Origin: Folioceros fuciformis
Lineage: Eukaryota
Direction: 5' to 3'
Length of the DNA stretch: 64,000 nt
Assembly: GCA_049999805.1 (NCBI GenBank)
Contig: JBNGIO010006258.1
Location: forward strand, 178,486 to 242,485
The position numbers and the translations under genes were made by a program. The notes under the pieces are model-generated. The model ran no database searches. It was not told the origin of the DNA and worked only from the letters and a program-made list of their open reading frames with translations. Of this stretch, positions 1 through 19,109 are shown one piece after another. How positions within the stretch are numbered: position 1 is the stretch's first letter; each line of letters opens with the position of its first letter.

Positions 1-176
1 GATGATGATGGCAGGACAGCCTCGGGAGAGGTGAGCAGGGATTGGGGTAACGACATGATGGGGGTGGCCGGGGATGGGGAGATGAGGGAGATGAGCGGTG
101 GGTAGGCGAGGAGGGAGGAGTTATGTGAGCTGGCTGGCTGGGTGATGGGGTGTCATGGGGAAGCAGGGGCAGGGCC

Positions 177-2580
177 TTAGAGGAAGGAGAGAGTGGTGGT
201 GTCCGGGTCGCGGGCTTGGAACCGGAATGTACCACTGCGATCGTCCTCGATGCTGGCCCAGCTGCCCTCCATCACTGTGGTGGCTGCTGGGCGGGAGTGC
301 AGGTCGATCTGGCCAGTGTAGTGCACAGGACAGGGCTTGCCAGGAGCGTACAGCTTCGTCATGCGGAGTCTCAAGATGTGGGACTGTCGGGACACTGTGC
401 CTGTGCACGAGCCACGTGCAAGCGATGTGAGATGGGGGGATAGGTGCCATGGAAGCATGGGTTGGAGGGCAGGAAAGGAAAGGTGAGGGAAGGGTGGAAT
501 GAATTGGAGTAGTGGAACACTGTGGTGATGGGTAGGAGAACTGACCCAGGAATGTGAATGTTCCTGCCACGTCGCTGCCGAAACCGAAGATGCGGTTGCT
601 GCTGCTGATCACCAGGGCACCTCCGTCCACCAGCTGAGTGCCTGCTGCGCTTCCGGGGTTGCACACCTCTCGGTAGCCGGTCCAGTGGGCTCCATAACCT
701 GCTGCTGCACCTGTTTCAACCTTGTGCAGGAAAAATGTATGGGTGTCAGAGGGCTCGAACATGGCCACCATGTCGTGGAAGGTCCAGTGGCCTCGGATCT
801 GCTCTTGGCCGTCTTCGGAGCTCCTGATGCCGTCGTATTGGAGGCGGTAGCTGGGGTTGTTAAGGTACTGCTTCCGGAGCACCATCCGATCTTCTACCAC
901 AAAGTCACCTGTGGGCGGGATGGATGTTGGCTCTTAAAAGATTCCTGGTAACGTCTAAGAGCAGTAGGACTGCAGCCAGGATTTGAGTGGAGGTCTCAGA
1001 GTGTCTCACCTTCCCATGTCCACTCTCCTAGGTAGTCCACTCCGAAGCCGCAGGGGCGTGTGTCGTCCATGAGGAATGCCTTTGCGCTCATTTGCTTCTG
1101 GCTCCTGCGTTCCAGATACCATCCTTCCCATGCCTCCAGCTCACCAGCAAAATGGAGCGTTTTCTGAAATAGTCACAATCAGCGTATGTAAGGCGGAGTC
1201 TGTGCGTCAGTCAGGCTCATGGGTGAGACTTGTGTACCGAGGTGATTGCTTGGGCTTCAGGGATGGTGCTGATGCCAGTGGACGGTAATGGAGAGTGAAG
1301 ATGGAAAGTGCCGTACTTCTGATGCTTCACATCAGACCATTTGCCCTCAATGGTGATGGAATTGGTGGGAGTTAGAAACAATTGTCCCCAGAAGTGCAGA
1401 CAGTGAGGGCGTATGTCCGGCTGGTACATCTTCACAGAGGTAATCTTCAGCACACGATATTCTTGAGAGTATGTCCCTGTTCAAAGATACCAACATGGGT
1501 TGTCATGCCTGGAGACAGGAGTTTTACGTTGTTGCTCCTTTTATCAGCAGCGCAAATGAATCCCACCTGTGTGCATGAATTCCCCTTTAGTGTCTGTACC
1601 AAAGCCGAACACAACGTTCTGGCTGGTGAACACGAACACCGTGTCGTCGGTGCTCCGTTTATCGCTGCCAGACTCCCAGTAACCAGTCCAGTTGTGTCCA
1701 ATTGCTGAGACCACAGACGAGGCGTCTCTTTGAAGCGAGAAAGCTCCAGAGTTGTCTGGCCCCGCTGACCATGATCCTTGGAGCACCTCCTGCCCTTTCC
1801 TCAACAATCTTCTTCCGCTGTACTGAACGGTGTAGCCAGGGCTAGTCACATATTGCTTCCGGAGCAGCACTTGGTGGGTGCCAGTGGTCTCACCTGCATC
1901 GCTCCAGCCCGTCAGCACATCACATCCCATCCAACAGCACACCTCCAGGGGCTTCACGACTGCCCGGGCATACCTTCCCACGTCCACTGTCCGATCGCGT
2001 CATCACCATAGCCACATAGCCTGTTGGTGCCGGTCCGGAACAAGGTAGCTGTCATACTGTATGTCAGCCCCTCATTCACGTAACTGCCCTTCCAGCACTC
2101 CAAAACGTTCTGGGAACGAGGCTCCTGCTGGGGTGCAGTCTTCGCCGCCTCAAGAGGCCTTCTCAGTTCATTTACCGTGTTCTCCTCGTTTACAGCATCA
2201 GGAACTGGGCTGTGGAGCTCATGTTTGATATCACCTGCCAACCTAGCCTCCTTTTGCACATCCTTGATCCGCCCCGTCAGTCTCCCAACCAACTGAGACC
2301 ATCTCTGCCTAGTCAGAACCGCGAGATGCCGAGGCACAGAACTGGACTGTTCCTCCCAAGCCAGAGCTTGCGTGAGCAAGCCTACAGCCTCCTTCAACAG
2401 AGGCTCCACGGCCTGCACCCAGTTGTGCTCACCCGCGCCCTGAGGCTCCAAAAGCACCCGCCGGAGCTCCTCCCACGTCCCTAACGACTTGGTGGCCTCA
2501 GCAGCCGATTTGCTCACATGCTCCAGCAATGCCATGACTCCCATCCCTGCAGTAGCTGCTGGGTCCGCCATGGCAGCCAT
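177..2580 (-). CDS. Uncharacterised protein, about 637 aa: N-terminal helical region plus 4 tandem W/G-rich beta-repeats (beta-repeat gene A)
   Basis: Hand-built exons 2580-1974, 1893-1567, 1476-1238, 1163-1010, 908-546, 400-177, all with GT..AG introns and frame-consistent (1914 nt including stop). Repeat motif WxGx[YW]...[FY]xTxxNxLxGxGxDxxGx[WF]xxxG...LxKxY...[YF]xG...[EQ]GxW...GxFxL. Collinear with the paralogue at 39264-41374. The start could instead be the ATG at 2571. Confidence 0.85.
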
Positions 2581-3220
2581 TCGAGCCTGTGCTCCAAGCG
2601 CGAGTCGGGCTGTTAGTGTCACCGGGACGATGATGCTCCAAGCTAAGCTTCAGAGAGGTGTGGTCTCTGCCTCTTCGGTGGTGATGAATCTCGTACATAC
2701 TGTGGGAGCCTGTACAGACAGGTGAGTGCTTGCTGACGGTGGTGATTCCAACGTCTGGAGAATCCTGTGACCTGGTCCCAATCCAGTACAACATGACCTC
2801 AGCTGGTTATGACTGGGCAACCACCTGGTGAAGGCATATTTTTGCCATCTACTACATATCTAGCCCTGAGGAGTTTGCTCGATCGGTGATGCACGGCTGA
2901 TCAAGATCCTTAGAGCCAAGCCGTCCTTTGGTGGCAGTCATGTATACCGCCAAAGCGTGAGTGGAAGTCGATTCAGCCCGAAACCAGTTTTATCTGACCA
3001 CTGCTGACAGAAGCATGTGACTTGTACTTTTGCACGACAACCTTAAGCCGGATTCCGCAATGACACGAAAATTGCATGCCACTGCGTATGATTGCGGTAT
3101 CCACTAAAGGCATTGCGGTATCCAGGCATGCAGACTGAGAGTTTGCAGGACCCAGCTAAAAGAGAATACGAGATAAGGATGTTGGACAGATCCCGCACGA
3201 GATGTCGTATCGTGTGTCGT

Positions 3221-4685
<1,465 letters not shown>

Positions 4686-4689
4686 TTCA

Positions 4690-5180
4690 CAAGGAATGAA
4701 AGTGAAAGCAGGGCATGACAAGGAAAGCTGGAAGGTCTTACAAATATGTCAGATCCGTCAGGTTCTCGATTTCGTCAAGTATAGTGGAATTGAAGTAGTA
4801 TTGCGCCATTTAGTCCTGCGAGCCGCACGGCTGGGTGAGCACAAATGCGGAACTGCAGGCACCTTACCTCCAGGAGGCAGGCCGTCAATTTGGGGAAAGA
4901 CGCTGACAAACTGACAGCTGAACAAGGTTTTTCAGTTTCGAGACATCGCTCGAGGAGGCAACAAGATCATTGTTGCCCAGATACCTGCATCACATATGAT
5001 CAAAGAAGTCAGAGACGGAGGCGAAATGTTCAGCAATCTTGCGCAGCGGGGAAACGCACTTTTGGACTGTCAGCCAGAAGGTGAAGGTATTTCCGCACAC
5101 ACACAGACCGGCCAGGAACCTTACAGCTGGCGAAGCTGACTGAGTTGGAAAAACTGGTCAAGGATTGTAAAGGACACCAG
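4690..5180 (-). pseudogene. Diverged direct-orientation copy of three LRR exons of the LRR-RLK
   Basis: Same-strand similarity to about 10404-10865 (e.g. cagctgaacaaggttt, cattgttgcccagatacctgca, ctggcgaagctgact.agttggaaaaact) with indels; roughly 80% identical by eye. Confidence 0.85.
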
Positions 5181-6965
5181 TAACGATTCGGACAGGCCTG
5201 AACAAATCGTCCAAGGATTGAACGGCAGTATTTGTATCCGATCTTGTTTTCTCCGGTATTTGCTCTTGCGGCACACGATTCGTTGTATCTTCCGGGCTAG
5301 CCGAGAAGCCCGGCCCTCATTTCCACTCGATTGAATCTGTAACGAGTCTTCCAGAAGCGCTGCGGCAGCACTGATCAGCTTGTCCTGATGGGGATTACCA
5401 TCTCTGTCAGCTTCTAGAAAGGCAGTACAGAATGCAATGGTTCTTGTCCGAAGGCAAGCTGTGAGGATCTAAAGCCGTTTTGTATATGTGTGTCGAGGGA
5501 CCACAACATCAAATCTAGATTATGAATTGTGTTACAGTCTCCAGGCCTTCTAAGTGGAATATTTGCATGCAGTATTAGGTGCGTGTTCTACAGCAGCTTC
5601 GTGTTCATGCTTCCAGGTGAAGCCATACTAGTTGTTGTCCACGTCGTTTTCGGCTGGTCAGGTTTTGGATTCGAGCCTTGAGTCCTGTCGCCTCCACGTT
5701 TCCGGCTCATGGCTCTACGTCTGATACTCGTGATGTTGGACTGTTACAATCTGTCAATGGTATTACCGAAGCAGAAGTTGTTCGAACTTGCAGAACTTCG
5801 AGAGTCGTGCCAGATTGGACAACTTCTGAGGCAGCATCTCGAAGATGCATTGTTCGTCCATCCGTGGACTTCCTTTTCGGTTTCACAAGCTTTTGCTCCT
5901 CTACTTTACAATCTGAAGAAAACCTTTACGTTGTGAGCCATTTGTTCTGTGCTTGTTGTAGGACTAGCACATGTCTTCCCCTTCATAACAGAGCACTTGA
6001 GACAGCCATTCGAGTTGCATCTACAAGCGATCAAGCTCCGTGACTGAACAAGCTCCTGACGCTCACCTCCGAAAAGGACATCGCATGCATGCTAACTATG
6101 GAGTACGACATCACCGGGCAACTGTTGTAACCAGAGAAACGACCCTCCACGTGGTGTGTGAATGAATGCTCTCGACCCTGAAAGGCTGCACGAAAATCCG
6201 CCTTCTCAGGTGTGTGAGGAGTATAGTTCCTACCCAAGTACTCTACACTTGCATGCAGCATAGAGATGGGTATGAGAGACGTGGTGAGAAAGCTGAGCGA
6301 ACCAGATCAGGAGACGGGAGAGGGAAGGGCAGGTACCATTTCCACCGCGTACCAGGACAGAGATCTGCAATTCAATTTTTGTAGCTGGGACTAGGAAAAC
6401 AGTGAAGGTATCATAGAGAGTGTTACCATACACCATCCTCAGACTGCGTCCTGATCCATAGAAGACTAAGTGGGAAAGTACAGGATTATGCCATCATACA
6501 CCTCCCGCGGCCGACGATTTCGTCCCAACTTTCAACGAGAGAATTGAATTGCAAATCAGTGCGGAAGTATCAATTTGCTTTTATAATCGCCTCCCCTTGG
6601 CCTCATCTGACCGAGAAATCTACTGCAGTTCCCACGCTGTTGAGATGGACACGCCCTGCAACAATTCGGCCTAACGTTCGCTCCAGCTTAAGATGAAGCT
6701 TGCAAACAACTTATGCAGCACTTAACATAGAGTGGTACTGACCCCAACGACTTCTGTAGTGGAAGACAACCTGCCAGCCATGTCCATACGGCATATCAGA
6801 AATGCGAAACCATCAACACCTTCAGGTTTCCGTACCTGCCCGAAGCAGCGAGTGCCCAAATTTACCTGTGATACTCGAACGTCTTCACTGAGGCATGGAG
6901 GACGGCTCCACATTGGCAGTCTGCATTGAATTCACAAGTACATAAAAGCAGCCAGTGTACGCTCA

Positions 6966-11799
<4,834 letters not shown>

Positions 11800-13810
11800 G
11801 CGGAGCGCGGAACTCGATCTCGTGTCACCAGAACGCATCCGATACAATCCGCTCTCCTCCTCTTCACCAACGAACCTACACAATCTGTCGACTAGTCTCC
11901 ACACAAATCTCGGATCCAACACGGTCACCAACAGCTTGCCGCACCGCTCCAAGCAAGCCACCACTCAGGGTCTCTCAAATCAAGGCTCCTCCTGAGACAT
12001 CGACACCCAGCCTCCAGCAGCTCGACCTCTCCGTCACCGGATCCACATTTCCACGCGAATCGCAGCTCTTCACCCAACACCCGATCCTGGCTCCACATCC
12101 AGCCAGCAAGCCGAAGAGGATCGCCCGAGCTGCTGGCTCTTCCTGCTGCAAAGCGATAACAAATCTGGCACTGCGACCGCTCCCCGGGATCGTGGTGCAG
12201 CCAATTCCGCCAGAGGCCTAGTGTTTGTCCTTGGTGCTGGCCCGTCATGCAGGATCCGGAGTCACGGCAATCAACCAGGAGCCGGCATGCGGATAAGGGC
12301 CAGAGCAGCAAGAGGGGCTACAGCCTCTTTCTGGCGTAAGAGACTCGCGGGAGCAGACCCTCCTGGCTGGCATTCGACGAGCATTTCCTATTCCTGGCGT
12401 TTAACTATTGTCCTCGCTCTACCCCTTCACAGAAGGATCAGTCGGGAATTTGTGTGGAGCCCCAACCGACCTTCCGCAAGCTGCGAAAGGTGCCAACCAA
12501 CTTCCCTGTACCACACATTCCTGCTCCTCCACGCTACGTCACGACGTAAATCCCCACGATAATCAAGCTTTCTTTAAAAGGACGCGATGGCGTACTGATC
12601 AACCCTGATCAGTCAGTCAATTCCGACAAGCTTCCCTTCGACGCAAAGATGGACTGTGAATTTTGTTTTGTTGTTATCCCGCAATAGTTGCTGGGTCTAA
12701 TCGGCACCGGCTCCCCCATTCCCTTCTGGGTGACCAAGCCACAGGAGCCCTTGAATTTCTGGATCAAAGGAATGATGGTGGCCGTGAGGGGTGAGGGTCT
12801 GTTGAGCGCAGGAACTGCTGGGGTTCACTGTCTGTGTAGATGGGAATGGGTGGGGGAGGACATCTCCCAAATCCCTAAGGGCTTCATTTAGAAGCTTCGG
12901 CGGATGCTGCCAGTTTTATAGCAGGAGCTGCTAGTGGTTAGGGAGCGCCGACGAGAGGTATTAATCCGTTTGCAAACGTCCGATGGCCAGCTTTCTCTTT
13001 GAGCTCATGATGGGGAATGACGGATTTGGATGTGGCATGGAATCTCTGAATATCAACGCTTCCAAGGTGTTTAGTGCTCCCGTAGCTATGGCGTCGAATT
13101 TCAGCAGGAGGAGAAGTTGAAGGTTCGTACTGATGTCTGGACTACTCTCAGGTAGTTTCTTCCTGCTGCTTACCTTGAGGATTTTGGAAACTTTGTCGGT
13201 CGTGTGTTCCCTAGTGTGACAGTGATCGTTGCGGATGGAAGTTACTACTGGTTTATGATGTTGTTCATAACGGAATTCATCGACTTGAGAAGAAGATCAA
13301 GGATAGTGGATAGCAACGCTGTTCAAGAGGATAGCTGTCCAAGTGCTGGTAGGGAACTCCACTCCCTCCTTGGTGTGGAAATGCAGAGTTGATAACCGAT
13401 GGAGTGTAGGCAGGAATGAATGAGCTAATCGTAGCTTCAGTACTGACGCATTTGGTTTCAAGAAGCGAGGCTGGATTTGCTGCCTTCTGGATGAATGATT
13501 CCCAGAATGATTCCCAGAATGATTCCCATCTTGTCCAGCATTCAAGACTGGAACAATATGTCTCTAATTGAACTCACGTCCGAGGCCTGCCTTCATCACG
13601 AAGCGGCATTAGGCAAAGCGGAAATTGTGTAGCCTACGCCCCATCTCCCCGATGGTGAACAACTGGAATTGAGGCGTGGAAGGTCTGAACAGGTGATAAC
13701 AATTTGTACGTGTTGACGGAGCTGCCATAATCTTCCCAGAATGTCCAGTGACATTGGAATGCTTTATGGATGGAATGACATTGTTCGTTATTCCCATGTC
13801 AGAGTAACAC

Positions 13811-13976
13811 GTTTGCTGTTCTTTGTCCACATGACAGATACAGTGCAGTATGTAAGTATGTAAGGGATTTGTTGTTCTTCGTCCACATGACAGAGAAACC
13901 GTAACAAGGATTTGTTGTTCTTTGTGCACATGACAGAGAAACTAAGGGATTTGTTGTTCTTCGTCCACATCACAGA
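13811..13976. repeat. Four imperfect copies of a roughly 40-50 bp unit
   Basis: Core GGATTTGTTGTTCTTYGTCCACATGACAGA recurs near 13811, 13865, 13908 and 13946. Confidence 0.8.
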
Positions 13977-15579
13977 AGAACTGTGAAAGAGTTGGACTTA
14001 CTCTATTCCCACGCGCATAGAAACGTCGTACTGTGATTCTCACACCTCCGGGGTCCCGATTCTGTTAGTTTGAAATACGTGGAGGAGCGGGCTCTGGATG
14101 TGCAAAGTGAGAAGTCTGTGAAGATGAAAGGATGTGACAGATTACCTGGAGTGATGCCCAGGCTCCCTTTTCTTCACACAGCAAGGGCTTCTTGCAATCC
14201 TGCCTGCACTCACATCTAGCTCCCTTCCTGAACTTGGATCTTCTACCTTGCAGAGGTCCACACCCGGTGGAGGCCTTCCATGGACACACTATCATCAGCG
14301 ATATGATGAAAAACCAGAGTGATGTCCTCGGTGAGAGCTCATCTCCGGCTTCCTGACACGTTCCACTTCCTGAGAGTTTCTTAGTCGTTCCAGCAACTGC
14401 TCTAGGCTTCCTGGTCTTAGACTTCTTCAGAAATTATTCTCAGACAGGCCATTATTCATGAGCTTTCTTGCATCAGAAGCAGTCCAACAGCCCTCATTAC
14501 TCTCTGATCTGGTTTCTATTTCTTTCGGGCTGGTTGTTCACCCGCAGGTCCTGTTCGTCTGCAGTCCAACACATGATTTTCAGTGCAGGCAAACCCTCAA
14601 GCTCTTCTTTAAATAGAGCCTTGCAACTTATCGGTCGATCTCCTGTACCCCCGGGCATAGCTGGGAACGGCAATCCAATCCCCTGCACCACACTCGTCCG
14701 AAACCCCCAGCGATCGGACACAGACAAACCTCCGCGGCCTCCACACCTGACGTCCGTCACGAGCTCCAGTTCTGACGGCATCTCGGACACAGTCCAACCC
14801 CAGACCTCCAAGATCAAACTCGTGGCACGCCTCTACAGCTGTCATGGGAATGGGAGCTCCCCCACGAACTACCTGCATCAGATCCAATTTCAACCTACGC
14901 ACCACACCCCACTCAGTCCGCCAGCGATTCGCATCTGCCACCGCCAGATCCGCGAGCAAACGCAGGTCTCCCTGACTGCCGGTCCCGCCTCCACATCCCG
15001 CTCTGACAGCAACGCCAGACACAAGCAACTGTCAGGTCTATTTCTTTTCTGCCCCGGCCCATCTCCCGAGTGGTGTAGCTACGGGTCAAGCAAGCAACGA
15101 GGTTTGTAAACCACCAACCGCAATCTCGCATATATTACAATAGGTCGCAATTTAATAGGTCCAAGGAATATACTCACTGCGTGCATAAATCGGATCCGGT
15201 TTCTCACCCTCGTATCTCGAGTAGCCCTCCTATCTCGCATAGGAGCAAGAAGGAATTGAAGATCGTCTATGATTCTACATCCCCTAGTTATTTTTTATTA
15301 TAAAAAAAGATGTAAAATTTAATCTATTCTAAAGATTGGAGATCAACTCGAGCAAGGGTTCCTAGCCTCTTCAAATATCATTTTCAAAAATTACTTGCTG
15401 TTTCCCAAATGTCATGATGTGGGTTGACAAATGGCCTACTTACCACCGATGTCAAAGAAGCTGCTTGATATGCACTTGTTGCTGTTCTAAAAGCTATATT
15501 GGCCAATGCTCGTTTCAAAGCAATGGATACACGTTCTTGAATTGGAAGGGTCTTGAATTGGAAGGGTCCATGTACTTTG

Positions 15580-16145
15580 GGGAAAACCATAAACCCAAAT
15601 TGGTGGGGTGCAAGATGCACTTGGAAGTGCTCCTGAAGTTGAATTACGATACTTCGGCTGATAATGTGTGGAAACACTGCTCCCACAGCAATAGGACGCA
15701 CTCTTTAGGTGGGCTTTTCCAATGCAAGTAGCCTACTTATTGCCAAAACTTAAGAGATTCGATTGAGAACTTCGCTCCTAGCCGCAGTAGCCGCTAGTAT
15801 ACAAAGCTTCGAAAAACCACTTCATGAGATCCTCAGGATAAAAATAATCTCAAAAATCATCATAAACTATACCAGACAAACCCCCTAAAGAAAGTCTCGA
15901 CGCAAAAGAGAGTGTATGCCCAAAAACATCCCTATCCAAGCCAAAAGGCTGCTTGACCGTGTGGTCAAGAGATCTTGCGATATAGTGTCATGAGGTTTTG
16001 GGTGAAGGACATGAAGTGTAGCAATGGTGTTCTTAGTTGTAGATGCAGCCGGCTCAAGGCGCAATGCTTAAGCAACCCATGCATATTCACCATCCTTGCC
16101 GAACATGAGACATCGCTTGAGATGCGCTGTAAATGGGTCATGGCA
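15580..16145 (-). mobile_element. Decayed non-LTR retrotransposon (CRE/R2-like RT), 3' part
   Basis: Minus-strand translation gives GKDGEYAWVA*AL...TIATLHVLHP and RPIAVGAVF..IISR...HLAPHQFG, typical of the RT N-terminal region of early-branching RLE-type elements; stops and frameshifts present. Confidence 0.7.
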
Positions 16146-16350
16146 AGTGAAGCGAGAAGAATCTTACGAACTCGCTCAGCAGAAGTACACACGGAAGAAG
16201 AAGTCTATTATGCACAAAGCATTACAATATGTAGGCCTGATAAGCAGTTGTAGAAAGAAGTTAAATAACTGACTAACCTGAATAACTACCTAGCCCCTAT
16301 TCACACCTAGCTAGATAATAAGAAACACTAATAAACTATCTCCTTTCTCA
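16146..16350 (-). repeat. 3' LTR of the copia element (205 bp)
   Basis: Near-identical to 20673-20873 (about 8 substitutions and one 4-bp indel); preceded on the - strand by the polypurine tract AGAGGGGG (16358-16351). Confidence 0.95.
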
Positions 16351-16648
16351 CCCCCTCTGTTTCGCTATTATTCTAGCCAGCTAATTCAAACTTCGTGTTT
16401 GTTCACAACCGCTGTCGATAGTAGAAGCTTCGCTTGCTCATATGATGCTCATGAATCCTTCTTCAAATCTGTTCGATACGCCCTGCGTTTTGAGGCCGTA
16501 TGGATTCAATACTGCCTCCTGGCAGGCTTGATGCGGCTAGGGCCGTTTTTTCTGCCGCCCAGTGTGTCCTTATAATCAGCGCCTGCCTGGAGGATTTCCA
16601 TGTGAGCCATATGCGACTTGGGCCACGCTTTCTCCAAGATAACGTCTG

Positions 16649-19050
16649 TCAGGCCCAATCCCTCACATGCTTTTGATGCAGCGGACCAGGCAGAGGTTTC
16701 GTCAGGATGTCTGCCAGGTTTTCCTCAGTCGCCACATACCTCAAACTCACTTCTCCCTCAGATATGAGCTGTCGGATATAGTGGTGTTTAATTTCGATAT
16801 GTTTTGTTCTGGCGTGATAGATAGGATTCTGGGATAGAGCTATCGCTGATTGTGAATCACACAACAGCTCAATAGGATGCTCATATTTCTGGCCTAACCC
16901 TTCTGCAAATTTCCTGTGGGATACAAGTTCTTTTGCCGTCTCAAAGCAGGCAGCATATTCGGCCTCTGTCGAGGAGAGGCAAATGGTCTGAAGGCGCTTA
17001 CTGCTCCAAGAAAGCGAGGCAGAAATCGCCATTACTGCATACGCAGCTGTCGAGCGCCTCTATTCAGCATCGCCGGCCCAGTTCGAGTCCGTAAACCCTA
17101 CCAAGCTGAGCATATTGTTTTGTGTTGCTTCATTTTGCTGTTGCCAATAGACTAGTCCTAGATTTTGTGTTCCTTTTAAATAGTGCATGATGCGCTTCAC
17201 GGCTGTCCTGTGATATGTGCCTGGGTTCTGGAAGAACTGGCAACAGAGACTAACAGCCTTACTGATATCGGGCCTTGTGCTCACTTGCAGGTGCTGCAGT
17301 GAGCCACAAGCCTGCCTGAAGGGCACTAGAGACATGGCTTTTATCTCAGCTTCAGTTGTTGGACAGGTTTCAGAGGTCAGCTTGGCTGATGCAGCCATTG
17401 GTGTCTGAACGGGTTTTGCTGTGCTCATATTATACTTGATTAAGATTTGTTCTACATAAGCACTTTGGCTTAATGAACTATAGTGATCCTGCCAGCTGCG
17501 TTCGATTTTGATCCCTCGAAAGGAGTGTAGCTCACCCAAATCACTCATGGCGAACTCAGCTGCCAGCATCTTTTTCACCTTGGCCATGGTGCCTTGCAGA
17601 CTATTCAAGACTAGCATTGTGTCGTCCACATATAGTGCCAGTATGACGAAGCCGTCTTGTCTTGCAGTTTGTAGATGTTGCTGTCACTAGGATTCTTCTC
17701 GAATCCACTGGCTATAAGGTATGTGTCAATGCGATTAAACTAGGCTCTATGGCTCTGTTTTAATCCATACAATGCTCGAATAAGTTTGCACACAAACGTT
17801 CGTTGATTCTCAGGCACCTCGAGACCTTCAGGTAAATCCATATAAATTTCCTCTTTTATGTAGCCATGCAGAAATGCTGACTGTACATCGAGTTGATGCA
17901 GATGATAACTAAACTTCGCTGCTAATGCCACCAGAAATCGAAATGAAGAGAGTCGAAGAACCGGCGAGAAGGTCTCACCGAAATCCTCCCCCTCTCTCTG
18001 CGAGAACCCCTTTGCCACGAGCCTAGCCTTCTTTTTATCGAAGCTCCCATCAACTCGGTATTTGGTTTTAAAAACCCATTTGCACTGAATGGGTTTGCGG
18101 CGTGGTGGGAGTGGCACTAGCTTCCATGTGCCATTCTTATGGAGTGCTGATAACTCTTTGTTTATAGCTTCAATCCATGCTGGGGCATCAGTACCTGATA
18201 TAGCTTCAGAGAAAGACTGAGGATCAGCTCCTCTCTCTGCTTCGGCAACTGCCTCTAGCATGGCTTGTTTGATAGTGTTTCGAGGTGCTGAGGTTAAGAC
18301 GAAGATATATTTATCTTTACTGACACTGCCTGTATAGTCAGGGTTAAATTCGAGAGGAGGTTCCTTCCAATCTCGGATTGCAGGTCTGTGCCGAATTGAC
18401 CGCCTTGGTTGATTATCTGATGGCCGACTCTGGTCAGCCCCCTCTGGATTCGTGTCATCAGACCCTGACGAAGGAGGCTCCATATCAGCTGGTAAGTTTT
18501 CCTCTCCTGGGGCTTCGCTATTGCTTCCATCAAGATTATAATTATCATAGTCAGGGAAAACAACGCCCGGCTGATCACCTTGCCCCTCTGGCTCCAAGGC
18601 AGGGTCTGAAGATGTATCCAGAAAGAAGTCGGTTTCGTTAAACCGGACGTTGCGGGCATAGAGAATAGTAAGACTGGTGGGGTCTAATAATTTGTAGCCC
18701 TTGGTCGTTTCGCCGTAGCCCACAAAACGAAGCTTAATTGTAAGTGAATCCCATTTGCTACGCAGATGCTTGGGGATGTGGGTGTATGCAGCACATTCGA
18801 AGGTGCGAAAGTAAGAAATGTCAGGCACACGACCAGACCACCGGTACATTGGTGTTTGCCCTGATGGTTTTTTCGGTACACGGTTCTGCATATGTACAGC
18901 GGTTGCAACTGCTTCAACCCAATATGACTTGGGCATGCTAGCCTGCGCCAGCATACTTCTAGCATGATCATTCAGATCTCTGTTGCGCTTCTCTGCTACG
19001 CCCATCTCTTGAGCAGTGAGGCGGTTGTCTAGCCGACAAGCATGCCACAA
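16649..19050 (-). pseudogene. Copia pol remnant (integrase C-terminal part, reverse transcriptase, RNase H), interrupted
   Basis: Motifs GVAEKRNR, WVEAVATAVH, CKWVFKTK, KARLVAKGFSQ, HQLDVQSAFLHG, LYGLKQ, YVDD, GFTDSNWAG, LSSTEAEY, RTKHIEIKHHYIR, ADILTKPL; split across ORFs 17740-19050, 17060-17629 and 16649-17032. Confidence 0.93.
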
Positions 19051-19109
19051 TGTGGCACCCTGGTGAGCCTTGAGAAGGCTTCACCATGATACGATTGCCC
19101 GTGACACCA

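Noticed and set aside
121-545. C-terminal half of the 259-aa ORF 121-900
   Set aside because: Read-through of an intron into a Pro-rich wrong frame; the real frame continues in exon 400-177.
5180-6900. Short ORFs between the RLK relic and the RLK 3' end
   Set aside because: No recognisable motif or consistent splice pattern; multiple stops in all frames.
13811-13976. Short repeats with variable gaps resembling a mini-CRISPR
   Set aside because: Gaps are short and related to each other; ordinary degenerate minisatellite.
12600-15130. Coding-like minus-strand pieces and the 213-aa + ORF at 14468-15109, plus a 12-bp x3 repeat near 13495
   Set aside because: I could not assemble a frame-consistent gene or recognise a family. 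It may be a decayed gene, but the call is unsupported.
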